The translations under genes were made by a program, and so were the position numbers. Below are positions 37,676 through 47,359 of a stretch of 64,000 nt of DNA, in pieces (within the stretch, counting starts at the first letter, position 1; each line of letters starts with the position of its first letter). The DNA is from an uncultured Chloroflexia bacterium (GTDB taxonomy: Bacteria; Chloroflexota; Limnocylindria; Limnocylindrales; CSP1-4), in the NCBI GenBank assembly GCA_963749705.1, contig CAVVNQ010000004.1:1-64000 (forward strand), written 5' to 3'. The notes beneath the pieces are model-generated. The model ran no database searches. It was not told the origin of the DNA and was given only the letters and a program-made list of their open reading frames with translations.

Positions 37676-39238
37676 ATGACCGCCGACCGCCTGCTGGCGC
37701 TCGATGTCGGGACGCAGAGCGTCCGGGCGATGGTGTTCGACCCGGCCGGGAACCTGCTGGCCCGCGCGAAGGTCCCGATCGAGCCGTACGTCGACGGGCC
37801 TCCCGGCTGCTGCGAGCAGGATCCGGACCTGTTCTGGCGTGCGATCGGTGAGGCGTGCCGGCAGCTGTGGGCGATGCCCGATGGCCGTCGCGACGCACTG
37901 GCCGGCGTCGCGCTCACGACCCAGCGTGGGACCGTCGTCGTCACCGATGAGGCCGGCGAGCCGCTGCGGCGGGCGATGATCTGGCTCGATCGCTGCCGCG
38001 TCGAGGGGCTGCCCAGGATCGGCGGCCGGTGGGGCGTCCTGTTCCGCGCCGCTCGCGTGACCGAGACGGTGGCGATGTTCCAGGCCGAGGCCGAGGCGAA
38101 CGTCATCCGCGCCCGTGAGCCCGGGGTATGGGCGCAGGTCCGGCGGTACCTGCTGCTGTCGGGCTTCCTCACCCATCGCCTGACCGGGGAGCTCGCGGAC
38201 TCGGTGGCCGCCCAGGTGGGCTACCTCCCGTTCGACTACAAGGCGCTTCGCTGGGCGAAGCCGGGCGACTGGAAATGGCAGGCGGTTCCGGTCGAGCCCG
38301 CGTGGCTGCCCCGGCTGGTGCCGCCGGGCGGCATGCTCGGGACCATCAGCGCCGCCGCCGCCGAGGCGACGGGGATCCCCGCGGGCCTGCCGTTGATCGC
38401 CGCCGCGGGGGACAAGGCGTGCGAGGTGCTCGGGTCCGGGGCGCTCGACCCGCACGTGGGCGCGATCTCGCTGGGCACCACGGCCTCCATCAACACCACC
38501 CATCGCCGGTACGTCGAGGTCATCCCGGTCGTGCCCCCCTACCCCGCCGCGGTCCCCGGCGCCTACAGCCTCGAGGTCAACGTCTATCGCGGCTACTGGA
38601 TGATCGAATGGTTCAAGCGCGAGTTCGGGGCGGCCGAGGTCGCCCGCGCCGCGGAGCTGGGCGTGGAGACCGAGGCGCTGTTCGACGAGCTGGTTGCCGC
38701 GACCCCGGCCGGCTCGATGGGCCTCGTGCTCCAGCCGTACTGGTCGCCGGGCGTGCGGATCCCGGGCCCCGAGGCCAAGGGTGCCGTCATCGGCTGGGGC
38801 GACGTGCATACCCGTGCCCACCTGTATCGGGCCATCCTCGAGGGGCTCGCGTACGCGTTGCGCGAAGGCGCCGAGCGGACGGTGCGACGAACGAAGGTGC
38901 CGATCCGCGAGCTGCGGGTCTCGGGCGGTGGCAGCCAGAGCCCGTCCGCCGTCCAGCTCACCGCCGACGTGTTCGGGCTGCCCACCTCGCGCCCGCACAC
39001 CCACGAGACGTCCGGGCTGGGGGCCGCGATCGATGCCGCGGTCGGGCTGGGGATCCACCCCACGTTCGAGGCGGCGGTCGCCGCGATGACGCGGATCGCC
39101 GAGACCCGCGACCCGGATCCGGCGACCCGCGCCATGTACGACGACATGTATCACGCGGTCTACCTGCGGCTGTACGACCGGCTGAAGCCGCTGTACGGCG
39201 AGATTCGACGCATCACCGGGTATCCTCCGCCGGCGTGA
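37676..39238 (+). CDS. FGGY-family carbohydrate kinase
   Basis: LDVGTQSVRA, WLDR, GDKAC, SLGT, SGGGSQS. Confidence 0.92.
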   Translation: MTADRLLALDVGTQSVRAMVFDPAGNLLARAKVPIEPYVDGPPGCCEQDPDLFWRAIGEACRQLWAMPDGRRDALAGVALTTQRGTVVVTDEAGEPLRRAMIWLDRCRVEGLPRIGGRWGVLFRAARVTETVAMFQAEAEANVIRAREPGVWAQVRRYLLLSGFLTHRLTGELADSVAAQVGYLPFDYKALRWAKPGDWKWQAVPVEPAWLPRLVPPGGMLGTISAAAAEATGIPAGLPLIAAAGDKACEVLGSGALDPHVGAISLGTTASINTTHRRYVEVIPVVPPYPAAVPGAYSLEVNVYRGYWMIEWFKREFGAAEVARAAELGVETEALFDELVAATPAGSMGLVLQPYWSPGVRIPGPEAKGAVIGWGDVHTRAHLYRAILEGLAYALREGAERTVRRTKVPIRELRVSGGGSQSPSAVQLTADVFGLPTSRPHTHETSGLGAAIDAAVGLGIHPTFEAAVAAMTRIAETRDPDPATRAMYDDMYHAVYLRLYDRLKPLYGEIRRITGYPPPA

Positions 39239-39296
39239 CCTGGCCCGATCGGCGACGGGAGTCGGGGTCCGGGTGGGCATGGCCCGAACGGGTGGT

Positions 39297-39325
39297 TTGA
39301 CAGAATCGACCATCGGCCCGATGCT
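39297..39325 (+). promoter_or_regulatory. sigma70-type promoter
   Basis: TTGACA-N17-GATGCT. Confidence 0.55.
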
Positions 39326-39494
39326 CTACAGGTATCGCCCGAGTGAACGCGGCCGACAGGTCGACGCCAAACCGCGCAACCTCCGCCGCGCCGGGCACCA
39401 AACGAACGCCGCTCCGGCCCCGTATGTCCGGCCGTTGGAGCGGCAAGGCACCCATCCCAACCCGATGGGCTGCCGGGAAAGGAACTCTCGTCAC

Positions 39495-39683
39495 ATGCTC
39501 ACCCGCGCCACCACGAACGCCGTGGCGCATCGCGCCAGCTCGATGCGCCGAATGCGCCGCCGAGCCGTCGCAGCGAACCGGCTCTACTGCGCCACCAACG
39601 GCTGCACCAGCTTCCTCGTCATCGACGAGCTCGGCGGTGTCGCCCATTGCGAGATCTGCGGTTACGTTCGCAGGCTCAACTGA
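39495..39683 (+). CDS. 62-aa basic Zn-ribbon protein
   Basis: GAAAGGA RBS; YCATNGC...CEICG. Confidence 0.7.
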   Translation: MLTRATTNAVAHRASSMRRMRRRAVAANRLYCATNGCTSFLVIDELGGVAHCEICGYVRRLN

Positions 39684-39731
39684 TACGACCCCGCGGCAGG
39701 GACACTTCGCTCCCGCCCGGGTCTGACCGTC

Positions 39732-39761
39732 GGCCGGCCCTGAGGGCCGGCCTTCGTGTTT
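39732..39761. terminator. GC hairpin between convergent genes
   Basis: GGCCGGCCC-TGA-GGGCCGGCC followed by TTCGTGTTT. Confidence 0.6.
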
Positions 39762-39770
39762 CCGGCGTCA

Positions 39771-40559
39771 TCAGCGGGGTGGCATCGCCTCGAAGGTGCG
39801 ATCGATGTCCGCGAGCATCCGGACGGTCGCGTCGGTGACCACCTCCAGGTAGCGCTCGCCGAACTCGGCCGTCGCGCCGCGGGCGTCGCCCCAGGTCCCG
39901 GAGTGGGTCGCCCGGTGCACCGAGCCCGGCGCCGAGAAGAAGAACGCGGTGTGAACGGCGGCGGGACCCGCGACATCGGGAAACGGCGGGAACTCGACGT
40001 TCGCCCGGTCCATGTCGACGAGATCCGGGTTGATCGCCAGCACCGCCGACGTCTCGCCCTTGTTTGCGTGCAGGCCGTTGGACGGATCGAAGTACTCGGC
40101 GGCCTCGGCCGGGGTCATGCCGTCCCAGTAGTTGATCGGGAACGCGTCCACGCCATCGGGCAGCCGCTCTCGGACGTTCGCGCAGGCATAGGCAATCGCA
40201 TACGTGTTGTCGTAGTGGCCGTTGAGGAACACGATCCGCCGGAAGCCGATGGAGGCGAGCGACGCGCACACGTCCTCGATCAGGGCCATGAACGTCGGGA
40301 TCCGGATATGGACGACGCCCGTGAACCCGACGTGCGGGTAGGACAGCCCGTAGTTGACGGACGGAGCGACCAGCGCGTCCACCTGCGGAGCGACGCGTCG
40401 CGCCACCTCGACCGGGATGAGGACATCGGTCGCGAGCGGGCCGTGCGGGCCGTGCTGCTCGGTGGAGCCGACCGGCACGATCACCGTCCGATGTTCGGCC
40501 AGGAACGCCGCCACCTCCGGGTCGGTCATCTCGCCCATGAACACGGTTGCCGGCTTCAT
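39771..40559 (-). CDS. creatininase-family amidohydrolase
   Basis: GSTEQHGPH...D, NGHYDN, HANKGETS. Confidence 0.9.
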   Translation of the reverse strand: MKPATVFMGEMTDPEVAAFLAEHRTVIVPVGSTEQHGPHGPLATDVLIPVEVARRVAPQVDALVAPSVNYGLSYPHVGFTGVVHIRIPTFMALIEDVCASLASIGFRRIVFLNGHYDNTYAIAYACANVRERLPDGVDAFPINYWDGMTPAEAAEYFDPSNGLHANKGETSAVLAINPDLVDMDRANVEFPPFPDVAGPAAVHTAFFFSAPGSVHRATHSGTWGDARGATAEFGERYLEVVTDATVRMLADIDRTFEAMPPR

Positions 40560-40578
40560 CGCGCGGGTCCTCCTCGCC

Positions 40579-41427
40579 TCATCCGATGGTGGTGGTCAGC
40601 TCGCCGATCCGTTCGATCGAGACGCACACGATGTCGCCCGGCTGCAGGCGGCGGTCAGGCCCCGGTGGGATGGCCAGCCGAGCCGGCGTTCCGGTCGCGA
40701 TCAGGTCGCCCGGCCGCAGCACGGCATGGCGGCTGAGGAACGCGACGATCTCGGGGATCGTGTACCGCATCCTGCCGGTGCGCCCATCCTGGATCGGATC
40801 GCCGTTGATGGTGCATTCCAACCGGAGGTCCAGCGGGTCGAGCTCGTCGCGGGTCACCAGCGCTGGGCCGACAGGGCAGAACCCGGGCATCGACTTGCCC
40901 AGCAGCCACTGGTCGCCGTCGAGCCACGGGTCGCGCGACGAGATGTCGTTGATGCACGTGTAGCCGAACACGTGGCGCATCGCCTCACCCGGCGAGACGT
41001 CGAACGCCGGCTCGCCGATCACGATACCCAGCTCCACCTCGGCGTCCACGTTCGCCGTCAGTGTTCGATCCCAGGCGACGACCGCGCCATGTCCGATGAC
41101 GGACGTCGGTGCCTTGCCGTAGACGAGCGGACGCGGCGGCCGCGCGGCGGCCGGCTCGCCCGGCTCGCCGTAGTTGAGCCCGATGGCGTAGATCGCACCC
41201 GGGTCGGGCACCACGGGGCCGAGCGTCATGCCGGCCATCGGGCGCCACGCCGCGTCGCCCTGCCGGGCCGTCCACTCGCTCACGCGGGCCAGCGCGCGCT
41301 GACCCCCGGCGGCGATCTCACGCACGGATCCGAGGCCGGACGGCGCGCCCGCCAGATCGAGCGCACGGTCGCCGTCCACGACGGCCGCCGAGCTCGACCC
41401 GTCCACGTCGATCGTTACGAGGCGCAT
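40579..41427 (-). CDS. fumarylacetoacetate hydrolase family protein
   Basis: GLNY, DAEVEL, NDISSRD, GKS, GDLIATGTP. Confidence 0.9.
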   Translation of the reverse strand: MRLVTIDVDGSSSAAVVDGDRALDLAGAPSGLGSVREIAAGGQRALARVSEWTARQGDAAWRPMAGMTLGPVVPDPGAIYAIGLNYGEPGEPAAARPPRPLVYGKAPTSVIGHGAVVAWDRTLTANVDAEVELGIVIGEPAFDVSPGEAMRHVFGYTCINDISSRDPWLDGDQWLLGKSMPGFCPVGPALVTRDELDPLDLRLECTINGDPIQDGRTGRMRYTIPEIVAFLSRHAVLRPGDLIATGTPARLAIPPGPDRRLQPGDIVCVSIERIGELTTTIG

Positions 41428-41429
41428 CG

Positions 41430-42287
41430 TCAGGCCCGCGCGCCGGCGTCGGCGAGCATCGGGCTGACGGCGGCCCGCATCACGTCCGCCATGCCACCCA
41501 CGCCCGTCCAGCGCTCGAACGCGATCGCGGCCTGGGCGATGAGCATCTCCGACCCGTTGGCCGCGCGCAGGCCGCGGGCACGCGCGGCACGCAGGAGCGG
41601 CGTCTCGAACGGGACATAGACCAGGTCGAACACGGTCGCCCGCGCGGGCAGGGCATGGACGTCGATCGTCGTCCCGGGATCGACCATGCCCACCGTCGTG
41701 GCATTGACGGCAAGGTCGGCCGTCGCCAGCGCGGCGCCGAACCCCGGGTCACCCAGTGCCATCGCCGCGCAATCGCCCGAGCCCACCGCCGCGAGCCGTT
41801 CGACCAGGGCCGTGGCGCCCGCGACCGTACGGTTGCCGATGATGACCCGTCGCGCACCGGCCGAGAGACAGGCGTAGACCACCGCGTGCGCCGCTCCACC
41901 GGCACCGGCTACGACGACCTCGAGCCCGTCCAGCGGTCGACCCATCGCGATCTCGACACCAGCCACGAACCCCGGCGCGTCGGAGTTGAACCCCACCAGC
42001 CGCCCGTCGGCTTCCCGCACCACGTTGTTGACGGCCCCGATCGTCTCCGCTTCGGCCTCCACCTCGTCGCACAGCCCGGCGACGACCCGCTTGTACGGCG
42101 CGGTGACCCCGAGCCCGAGCCATTCCGGCCCCCGCGCCGCGCGGACCGCGTCCTCGACCGCGTCGGGGTCGAGCTCCCTGAGCACGTAGCGTGCATCGAT
42201 CCCGGCAGCCGCGAACGCCGCGTCGTGCATGACCTGGGAGTGCCGGCGGCGAAGCGGCTTGCCGAGCAGGGCGACGTATCGGGTCAT
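41430..42287 (-). CDS. shikimate/quinate dehydrogenase-family protein (divergent)
   Basis: VTAPYK, IGAVN, GFNSD, GAGGAA, NATTVGM, DLVY. Confidence 0.85.
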   Translation of the reverse strand: MTRYVALLGKPLRRRHSQVMHDAAFAAAGIDARYVLRELDPDAVEDAVRAARGPEWLGLGVTAPYKRVVAGLCDEVEAEAETIGAVNNVVREADGRLVGFNSDAPGFVAGVEIAMGRPLDGLEVVVAGAGGAAHAVVYACLSAGARRVIIGNRTVAGATALVERLAAVGSGDCAAMALGDPGFGAALATADLAVNATTVGMVDPGTTIDVHALPARATVFDLVYVPFETPLLRAARARGLRAANGSEMLIAQAAIAFERWTGVGGMADVMRAAVSPMLADAGARA

Positions 42288-43330
42288 CGTGGCCAGACGC
42301 GGGGCGGGCGGCGAACCGGACCGGCGGTGGGCGGGAACGTCACATTGGGGATGATCTCGTCCACCCACTGCTGAAGCTGGGCCGGGTCCGGGGTCATCGT
42401 GTGGAGGAAGAAGTACTCGACCCCCGCGTCCACCCTCGCCTGCAGGGAGGCGATGATCTCATCCGGCGTGCCGAACAGGTAGACGGTCTCGAGGTACTTC
42501 GGCCCCCGCTCGTTGCTCATCACCTTGAGGAACGCCCGGTGTTGCTCCTCACGGGCCTTGGCGGGATCCGTGGTCAGCACGAGATGGAGGAAGTTCTCGT
42601 GCGTGACCAGCGTGTTCTGCGGATCCCGTCCGGCTGCACGCATGGCGGCCTGGAGCTCCGTCCAGTCGCGGGCGATGTCCGGCGGCGGGCATGTCGGGCG
42701 GGCAATCCAGCCGTCGGAGCGGATCGTTCGCGCCTTCACCGACTCCACGAACCGGGGTACGTCCGGGGACTTCGGGTCCGCCAGCTGGGAGCCGCCGCCG
42801 ATCCAGAGCAGCGGCCGCTGTGTCGTCCGCGGCTCGATGAACACGCCGTCCACCGAGTAGTAGCGACCGTGGTAGCTGACGGTGTCCCCTTCGAGAAGGG
42901 GCATCATGATGTCGAGCATCTCGTCGGTGCGGCGGCCGCGCTCGGACTTCTTTACCCCGACGGCCCCGTACTCCGCGTCGTTCCAGCCCACGCCCGCGCC
43001 GAGGATGACCCGATTGTCCGATAGGAACTGGAGCGTGGCCAGCTCCTTGGCCAGGATGACCGGGTTGCGCAGCGGCATGATCAGGATCGACGTCCCGAGC
43101 CGGACCCGCTCGGTGGCGCCCGCTGCCACGGCCAGGCTCATCAGCGGCTCCAGCCAGTTGACGGAGTAGAAGCGACGAGCCGCGAGCAGGTGGTCCGTGA
43201 TGAACAGGGAGTCGAAGCCCAGCTCCTCGACCTCGCGCGCGAAGGACTTGACTCCCCGGGCGCGTTCGGCACCGTCGCCCTCCCAGATGTAGGACGGAAG
43301 GAAGACACCGAACCGGCCGATCTCACTCAT
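42284..43330 (-). CDS. LLM-class flavin-dependent oxidoreductase
   Basis: GFDSLFITDH, LGTSILIMPLRNP, LWIGG. Confidence 0.88.
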   Translation of the reverse strand: MSEIGRFGVFLPSYIWEGDGAERARGVKSFAREVEELGFDSLFITDHLLAARRFYSVNWLEPLMSLAVAAGATERVRLGTSILIMPLRNPVILAKELATLQFLSDNRVILGAGVGWNDAEYGAVGVKKSERGRRTDEMLDIMMPLLEGDTVSYHGRYYSVDGVFIEPRTTQRPLLWIGGGSQLADPKSPDVPRFVESVKARTIRSDGWIARPTCPPPDIARDWTELQAAMRAAGRDPQNTLVTHENFLHLVLTTDPAKAREEQHRAFLKVMSNERGPKYLETVYLFGTPDEIIASLQARVDAGVEYFFLHTMTPDPAQLQQWVDEIIPNVTFPPTAGPVRRPPRVWPR

Positions 43331-43357
43331 GGAGCGTGCTCCTCCTGTGCGTCGGCC

Positions 43358-44137
43358 TCATCGGCCTCGATACCCTGGCTCTCGCTTGTCGAAGAAGGCC
43401 GCCGCGCCCTCGAGCATGTCGTCCGTCGCAAACACGCGCGCGGACGCGGCCAGCTCGGCCGACAGGCCGGCGTCCAGGTCGATGTCCGCGGCATCGTCGA
43501 TCAGCCGCTTTGCCTCGCGAACGGCGACCGGGCCACGCGCGCTGATCTCGCGCGCGAGGGCGTCCGCGGCGGCCAGCGCCTCGCCCGCCGGGACGACCGC
43601 GTTGACCAGGCCGATGCGCTCCGCCGCCTCGGCGGTCAGGACGCGGCCGGCCAGGATCAGCTCCTTGGCCCGGGCCGGGCCCACGATCCGCGGCAGCCGT
43701 TGGGTGCCGCCGCTGCCCGGGATGACCGCGAGCCGGACCTCCGGCATGCCCAGGCGGGCGCTGGCGGAGGCGATCCGCAGGTCGCAGCACAGGGCGAGCT
43801 CGAGGCCGCCACCGAGGGCGTTGCCCTCGATCGCCGCGATCGTCGGCATCGGCAGCCGTGCGAGCTCGGTCCACGCGCGTTGCTCGAGCTCCAGCCGATC
43901 CCGACCCGCGGGTCCCCGCTGGGCCTCGAACTCTCCCACGTGCGATCCGGCGCTGAACGCGCGGTCCCCGCGACCGCTCACGACAACCGCGCGCACGGCG
44001 TCGGCTGACGCGGCGGAGAGCGTCGCCAGCGCGTCACGCAGCTCGCCGATCAGCTCGGCCGTGACCAGGTTGAGCGGCGGGTTGACGAGCTCGAGGTGGG
44101 CGACGGGGCCGAGCTCGAGCGAGATCAGGCCGCTCAT
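43358..44137 (-). CDS. enoyl-CoA hydratase/isomerase
   Basis: AFSAG, ALGGGLE, PEVRLAVIPGSGGTQRL. Confidence 0.92.
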   Translation of the reverse strand: MSGLISLELGPVAHLELVNPPLNLVTAELIGELRDALATLSAASADAVRAVVVSGRGDRAFSAGSHVGEFEAQRGPAGRDRLELEQRAWTELARLPMPTIAAIEGNALGGGLELALCCDLRIASASARLGMPEVRLAVIPGSGGTQRLPRIVGPARAKELILAGRVLTAEAAERIGLVNAVVPAGEALAAADALAREISARGPVAVREAKRLIDDAADIDLDAGLSAELAASARVFATDDMLEGAAAFFDKREPGYRGR

Positions 44138-45693
44138 CCGGCGACTCCGAAGTCCGCCGCCAGGCCCATCGGTCCCGCGGCGTAGAGTCGGGTGTCCATG
44201 GCGCGCAGGTCGCCGGCGACGCGGGGCCGGAAGCCCATGCGGCCCAGGACGTCCCGCTCGACATCGATCCCCGGCGCGACCTCGGTCAGCACCAGCCCGT
44301 CGTCAGCAAGGGCGAACACGGCCCGATCGGTGATGTACCGGACCTGCTGCCCGCGCTCGCGCGCGAGCGGCCCATTGAACGAGACCTCCCGAACCCGGGG
44401 AACGAACTTGTGCAGGCCCCCTTCGTTGACGATCCGCACGCCGCCGTCGATCTCGAGCTGCAGTCCCTGCGCCGTCAGGGTGCCCACGAAGTTGATGCGG
44501 GGCGTCCGGGCGCTGATGTTGGGGAAGCCGCCCGGGCCGCGGACCCGCCCCTCGAAGGCGTGGACGTTCACGTTGCCCTCCGCGTCCACCTCCGCGAACG
44601 ACAGGCTGGCGATATCGAGCCCGCCACCGTCGTAGAAGTCGAACATGTAGGGCTGGTCGATCATCGCCTGGTAGTTGAAGCCGGCACCGCCCTCGTTGCC
44701 GGCGACCGGGACGCCGCCGAAGATCCCCTGCTCCACCGTCAGCGTGAGCCGGTCGGTGATCCCCTCCTCCCAGGCGACCCGCCCGATGAGCTGGCTGATC
44801 CCGAACCCGAGGTTGCAGATCGCACCCGGCGGGAACTCCAGCAGCGAGCGCCGGGCGATGATCTTGCGCACGTCGAGCGGCAGCGGCGGCTCGGGCACGA
44901 CGGGCTTGCGCAGCGCCCCGGCGTAGTACGGCGAATCACGCGTGATGTACGTCTGCCACTGGTCCGGGTCGACGTACACGTGGTCGACGAGCGCCCCGGG
45001 CACCTTCACGTCCCGCTGCGGAAGACCGCCTCGTCGCGCGAGCTGGCGAACCTGCGCGATCACGATGCCGCCGCTGTTGCGGGCGGCCATCGCCATCGCC
45101 AGCATCTCGCCCTGGACGGCCTCGTCCTCCATGGTCAGGTTCCCGTCCTCGTCCGCCGTGGTTCCCCGGATCACCGCGACGTCGATCGGGAACGCATGGA
45201 ACAGGAGCCACTCGCGCCCGCGCAGCGTGACGACCTCGACCAGGTCCTCCGTCGTCCGGGCGTTCTGCCGGCCGCCCGTCTGGCGCGGATCGACATACGT
45301 CCCGAGACCGACGTGGGTCACCAGGCCCGGCCTTCCGGCGGCGATCTCGCGCATCAGCTGCGACAGGACGCCCTGTGGGAAGGAGTAGGACTCGAGCTCG
45401 TTCGCCTCCACCAGCGCGCCCAGCCGCGGCTCGTTGCCGATGTTGCTGCCGATGGTGCGGCGCATCAGCCCGGGCAGGCCGAGCTGCGAGAAGCCGCGCT
45501 CCGCGAAGTCGCCGATGCCCACCACGCGGACGGTGGTCAGGTCACGTGGCCGGCCCTCGGCCGTGTACACCGCCGCCAGCTCGTCGATGAATCGCTGCGG
45601 CAGGGCATGACCGGCGCCCGAGCCGGCGATCAGGAGCGTCATCCCGTCACGGACGAGGCCGACGGCGTCGCGGACGTCCACCACGGTGGTCAC
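44134..45693 (-). CDS. YdiF/Pct-type CoA-transferase
   Basis: GLGTYVDPR, GTTADEDGN, NLGFGI, VEQG, FYDGGGLD; GTGA overlap with SDR stop. Confidence 0.9.
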   Translation of the reverse strand: MTTVVDVRDAVGLVRDGMTLLIAGSGAGHALPQRFIDELAAVYTAEGRPRDLTTVRVVGIGDFAERGFSQLGLPGLMRRTIGSNIGNEPRLGALVEANELESYSFPQGVLSQLMREIAAGRPGLVTHVGLGTYVDPRQTGGRQNARTTEDLVEVVTLRGREWLLFHAFPIDVAVIRGTTADEDGNLTMEDEAVQGEMLAMAMAARNSGGIVIAQVRQLARRGGLPQRDVKVPGALVDHVYVDPDQWQTYITRDSPYYAGALRKPVVPEPPLPLDVRKIIARRSLLEFPPGAICNLGFGISQLIGRVAWEEGITDRLTLTVEQGIFGGVPVAGNEGGAGFNYQAMIDQPYMFDFYDGGGLDIASLSFAEVDAEGNVNVHAFEGRVRGPGGFPNISARTPRINFVGTLTAQGLQLEIDGGVRIVNEGGLHKFVPRVREVSFNGPLARERGQQVRYITDRAVFALADDGLVLTEVAPGIDVERDVLGRMGFRPRVAGDLRAMDTRLYAAGPMGLAADFGVAG

Positions 45694-46445
45694 GGCATAT
45701 ACCCCCCGGCATTCGGGTTGAGCGTCTGGCCCAGGAACAGGGCCGAGGCATCGGACAGCAGGAACATCACCGTGTCCGCGACCTCGTCCGCGCGTCCGAA
45801 CCGTCCGAGCGGCATGTCCACCAGCCGTCGCCGGCCCTCCTCGCTGTCGGCGAGCTCCGTCGTCATGCCGGTCACGGTCATGCCCGGCGCAACGGCGTTG
45901 ATCCGGATCCCCTTGGGGCCGAACTCGCGCGCCAGTGCCCGCGTCAGGCCGATGAGCCCGGCCTTGGCGGCGCTGTAGGCCGCGGTCTCGGCGATTCCCA
46001 TCTGGCCGAGCCGCGAGGCGACGTTGACGATCGTGCCGCCCCCCTGGGAGATCATTCCCGGCAGCGCAGCACGACAGGTGTGGAAGGCGGCCGTGAGATC
46101 GGTTCGCAACACGGCATCCCACGCCTCGGGCGTGATCTCGAGGAACGGCCCCACCTGCGTCAGCCCCGCGTTGTTGACCAGGCCGTCGATCCGGCCGAAG
46201 CGATCGATGACCCGCGCGACCAGGCCCTCGGCGGCCGATCCGTCGGCGATGTCGGCACCGAACACGTCGACCTCGGCGCCGGCGTCTCGCGCGCGTGCGG
46301 CGGTGGCGTCGGCGCCATCCGGCGATCGGTGAAAGTGGACGGCGACCCGAGCCCCTTCTCCGGCGGCCTTGACGGCGACCTCCGCGCCGATGCCCCGGCT
46401 GCTGCCGGTGACCAGGACCACGCGCCCCGCGAGCGAGTCCGGCAT
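45690..46445 (-). CDS. short-chain dehydrogenase/reductase
   Basis: TGSSRGIG, NNAG, YSAAK. Confidence 0.92.
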   Translation of the reverse strand: MPDSLAGRVVLVTGSSRGIGAEVAVKAAGEGARVAVHFHRSPDGADATAARARDAGAEVDVFGADIADGSAAEGLVARVIDRFGRIDGLVNNAGLTQVGPFLEITPEAWDAVLRTDLTAAFHTCRAALPGMISQGGGTIVNVASRLGQMGIAETAAYSAAKAGLIGLTRALAREFGPKGIRINAVAPGMTVTGMTTELADSEEGRRRLVDMPLGRFGRADEVADTVMFLLSDASALFLGQTLNPNAGGYMP

Positions 46446-47359
46446 CAGGCGAGGCCCGCCGCGTCGAGCGCCTCGCGGACGCGCGCAGCCGCCTCCTCGG
46501 ACACGGGCGTGAGCGGTGGCCGCATCACCGTGCTGTCGATGACGCCGAGGTGCTGGAGGGCGACCTTGGTACGAGCCCGATAGTCGCGCACCGGCTGGCC
46601 GTAGACGGCCTCCTCGAGTGGCAGGATCCGCTCCCAGATCTGGCGCGCCTCGTCCCAGCGACCCTCGCGGGTGAGCCGGACCATCTTCACCTGGAGGTCG
46701 GTGGCCAGCGTCCCGAACCCGATCAGGGCCCCCTCGGCGCCCATCACGAACGACTCGTACACGAAGTTGTCGTCGCCGGTCAGCAGGTCGATCGGGCGGG
46801 GCAGGCGCTCGATCATCCGCCGCGTGGCCAGGTACAGGCGGGCGTCAAACGACGCCTCCTTGAGGGCGACCACGCTGTCGATCGCGGCGATCCGGCCGAG
46901 CGTCTCCTCGCTGAAGATCACGCCACCCAGCGCTGGCTGGAGCTGGAAGGCGATCAGGGGCAAGCCGCAGCCGCGGGCGACGGCCTCGTGGTAGGCGACC
47001 GGGATCGCCGGATCGAGCGGCGTCCCCTGGTAGGCGGGGATCGGGAACACCAGCAGCCCGCGTGCTCCTGCGCCCTCGGCGCGCTTCGCCTCCTCCACCG
47101 CCTGGGCCGTGAACGAGGCCGACAGGCCGGCCACCACCGGGATGTCGCCGGCCTCGTCCACCGCGACCCGGAGCACCCGCTCGCGCTCGTCGGGCCACAG
47201 GTGGGGGCCCTCTCCGGTGTCCGCGTTGATCGCGAGCGCCACCGGGCCCTGGGGCAGGAGCCACTGGAGGTAGCGCCGGTACGCCGCCTCGTCGAACCGC
47301 CCGTCGGCGTCGAACGTGACCACGCAGGCGGGCACGATGCCGCGCAGGTTGAGGCTCAT
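46445..47359 (-). CDS. DapA/NanA-family aldolase/dehydratase
   Basis: ADTGEG, Schiff-base LKEAS, LTGDD. Confidence 0.88.
   Translation of the reverse strand: MSLNLRGIVPACVVTFDADGRFDEAAYRRYLQWLLPQGPVALAINADTGEGPHLWPDERERVLRVAVDEAGDIPVVAGLSASFTAQAVEEAKRAEGAGARGLLVFPIPAYQGTPLDPAIPVAYHEAVARGCGLPLIAFQLQPALGGVIFSEETLGRIAAIDSVVALKEASFDARLYLATRRMIERLPRPIDLLTGDDNFVYESFVMGAEGALIGFGTLATDLQVKMVRLTREGRWDEARQIWERILPLEEAVYGQPVRDYRARTKVALQHLGVIDSTVMRPPLTPVSEEAAARVREALDAAGLA

Noticed and set aside
39330-39495. c-di-GMP-I or c-di-AMP riboswitch
   Set aside because: Consensus elements (GGCAAA...GACGCAAAG; GCUGAAUCC...CAGCUAAC) not found; kept as an unknown leader.
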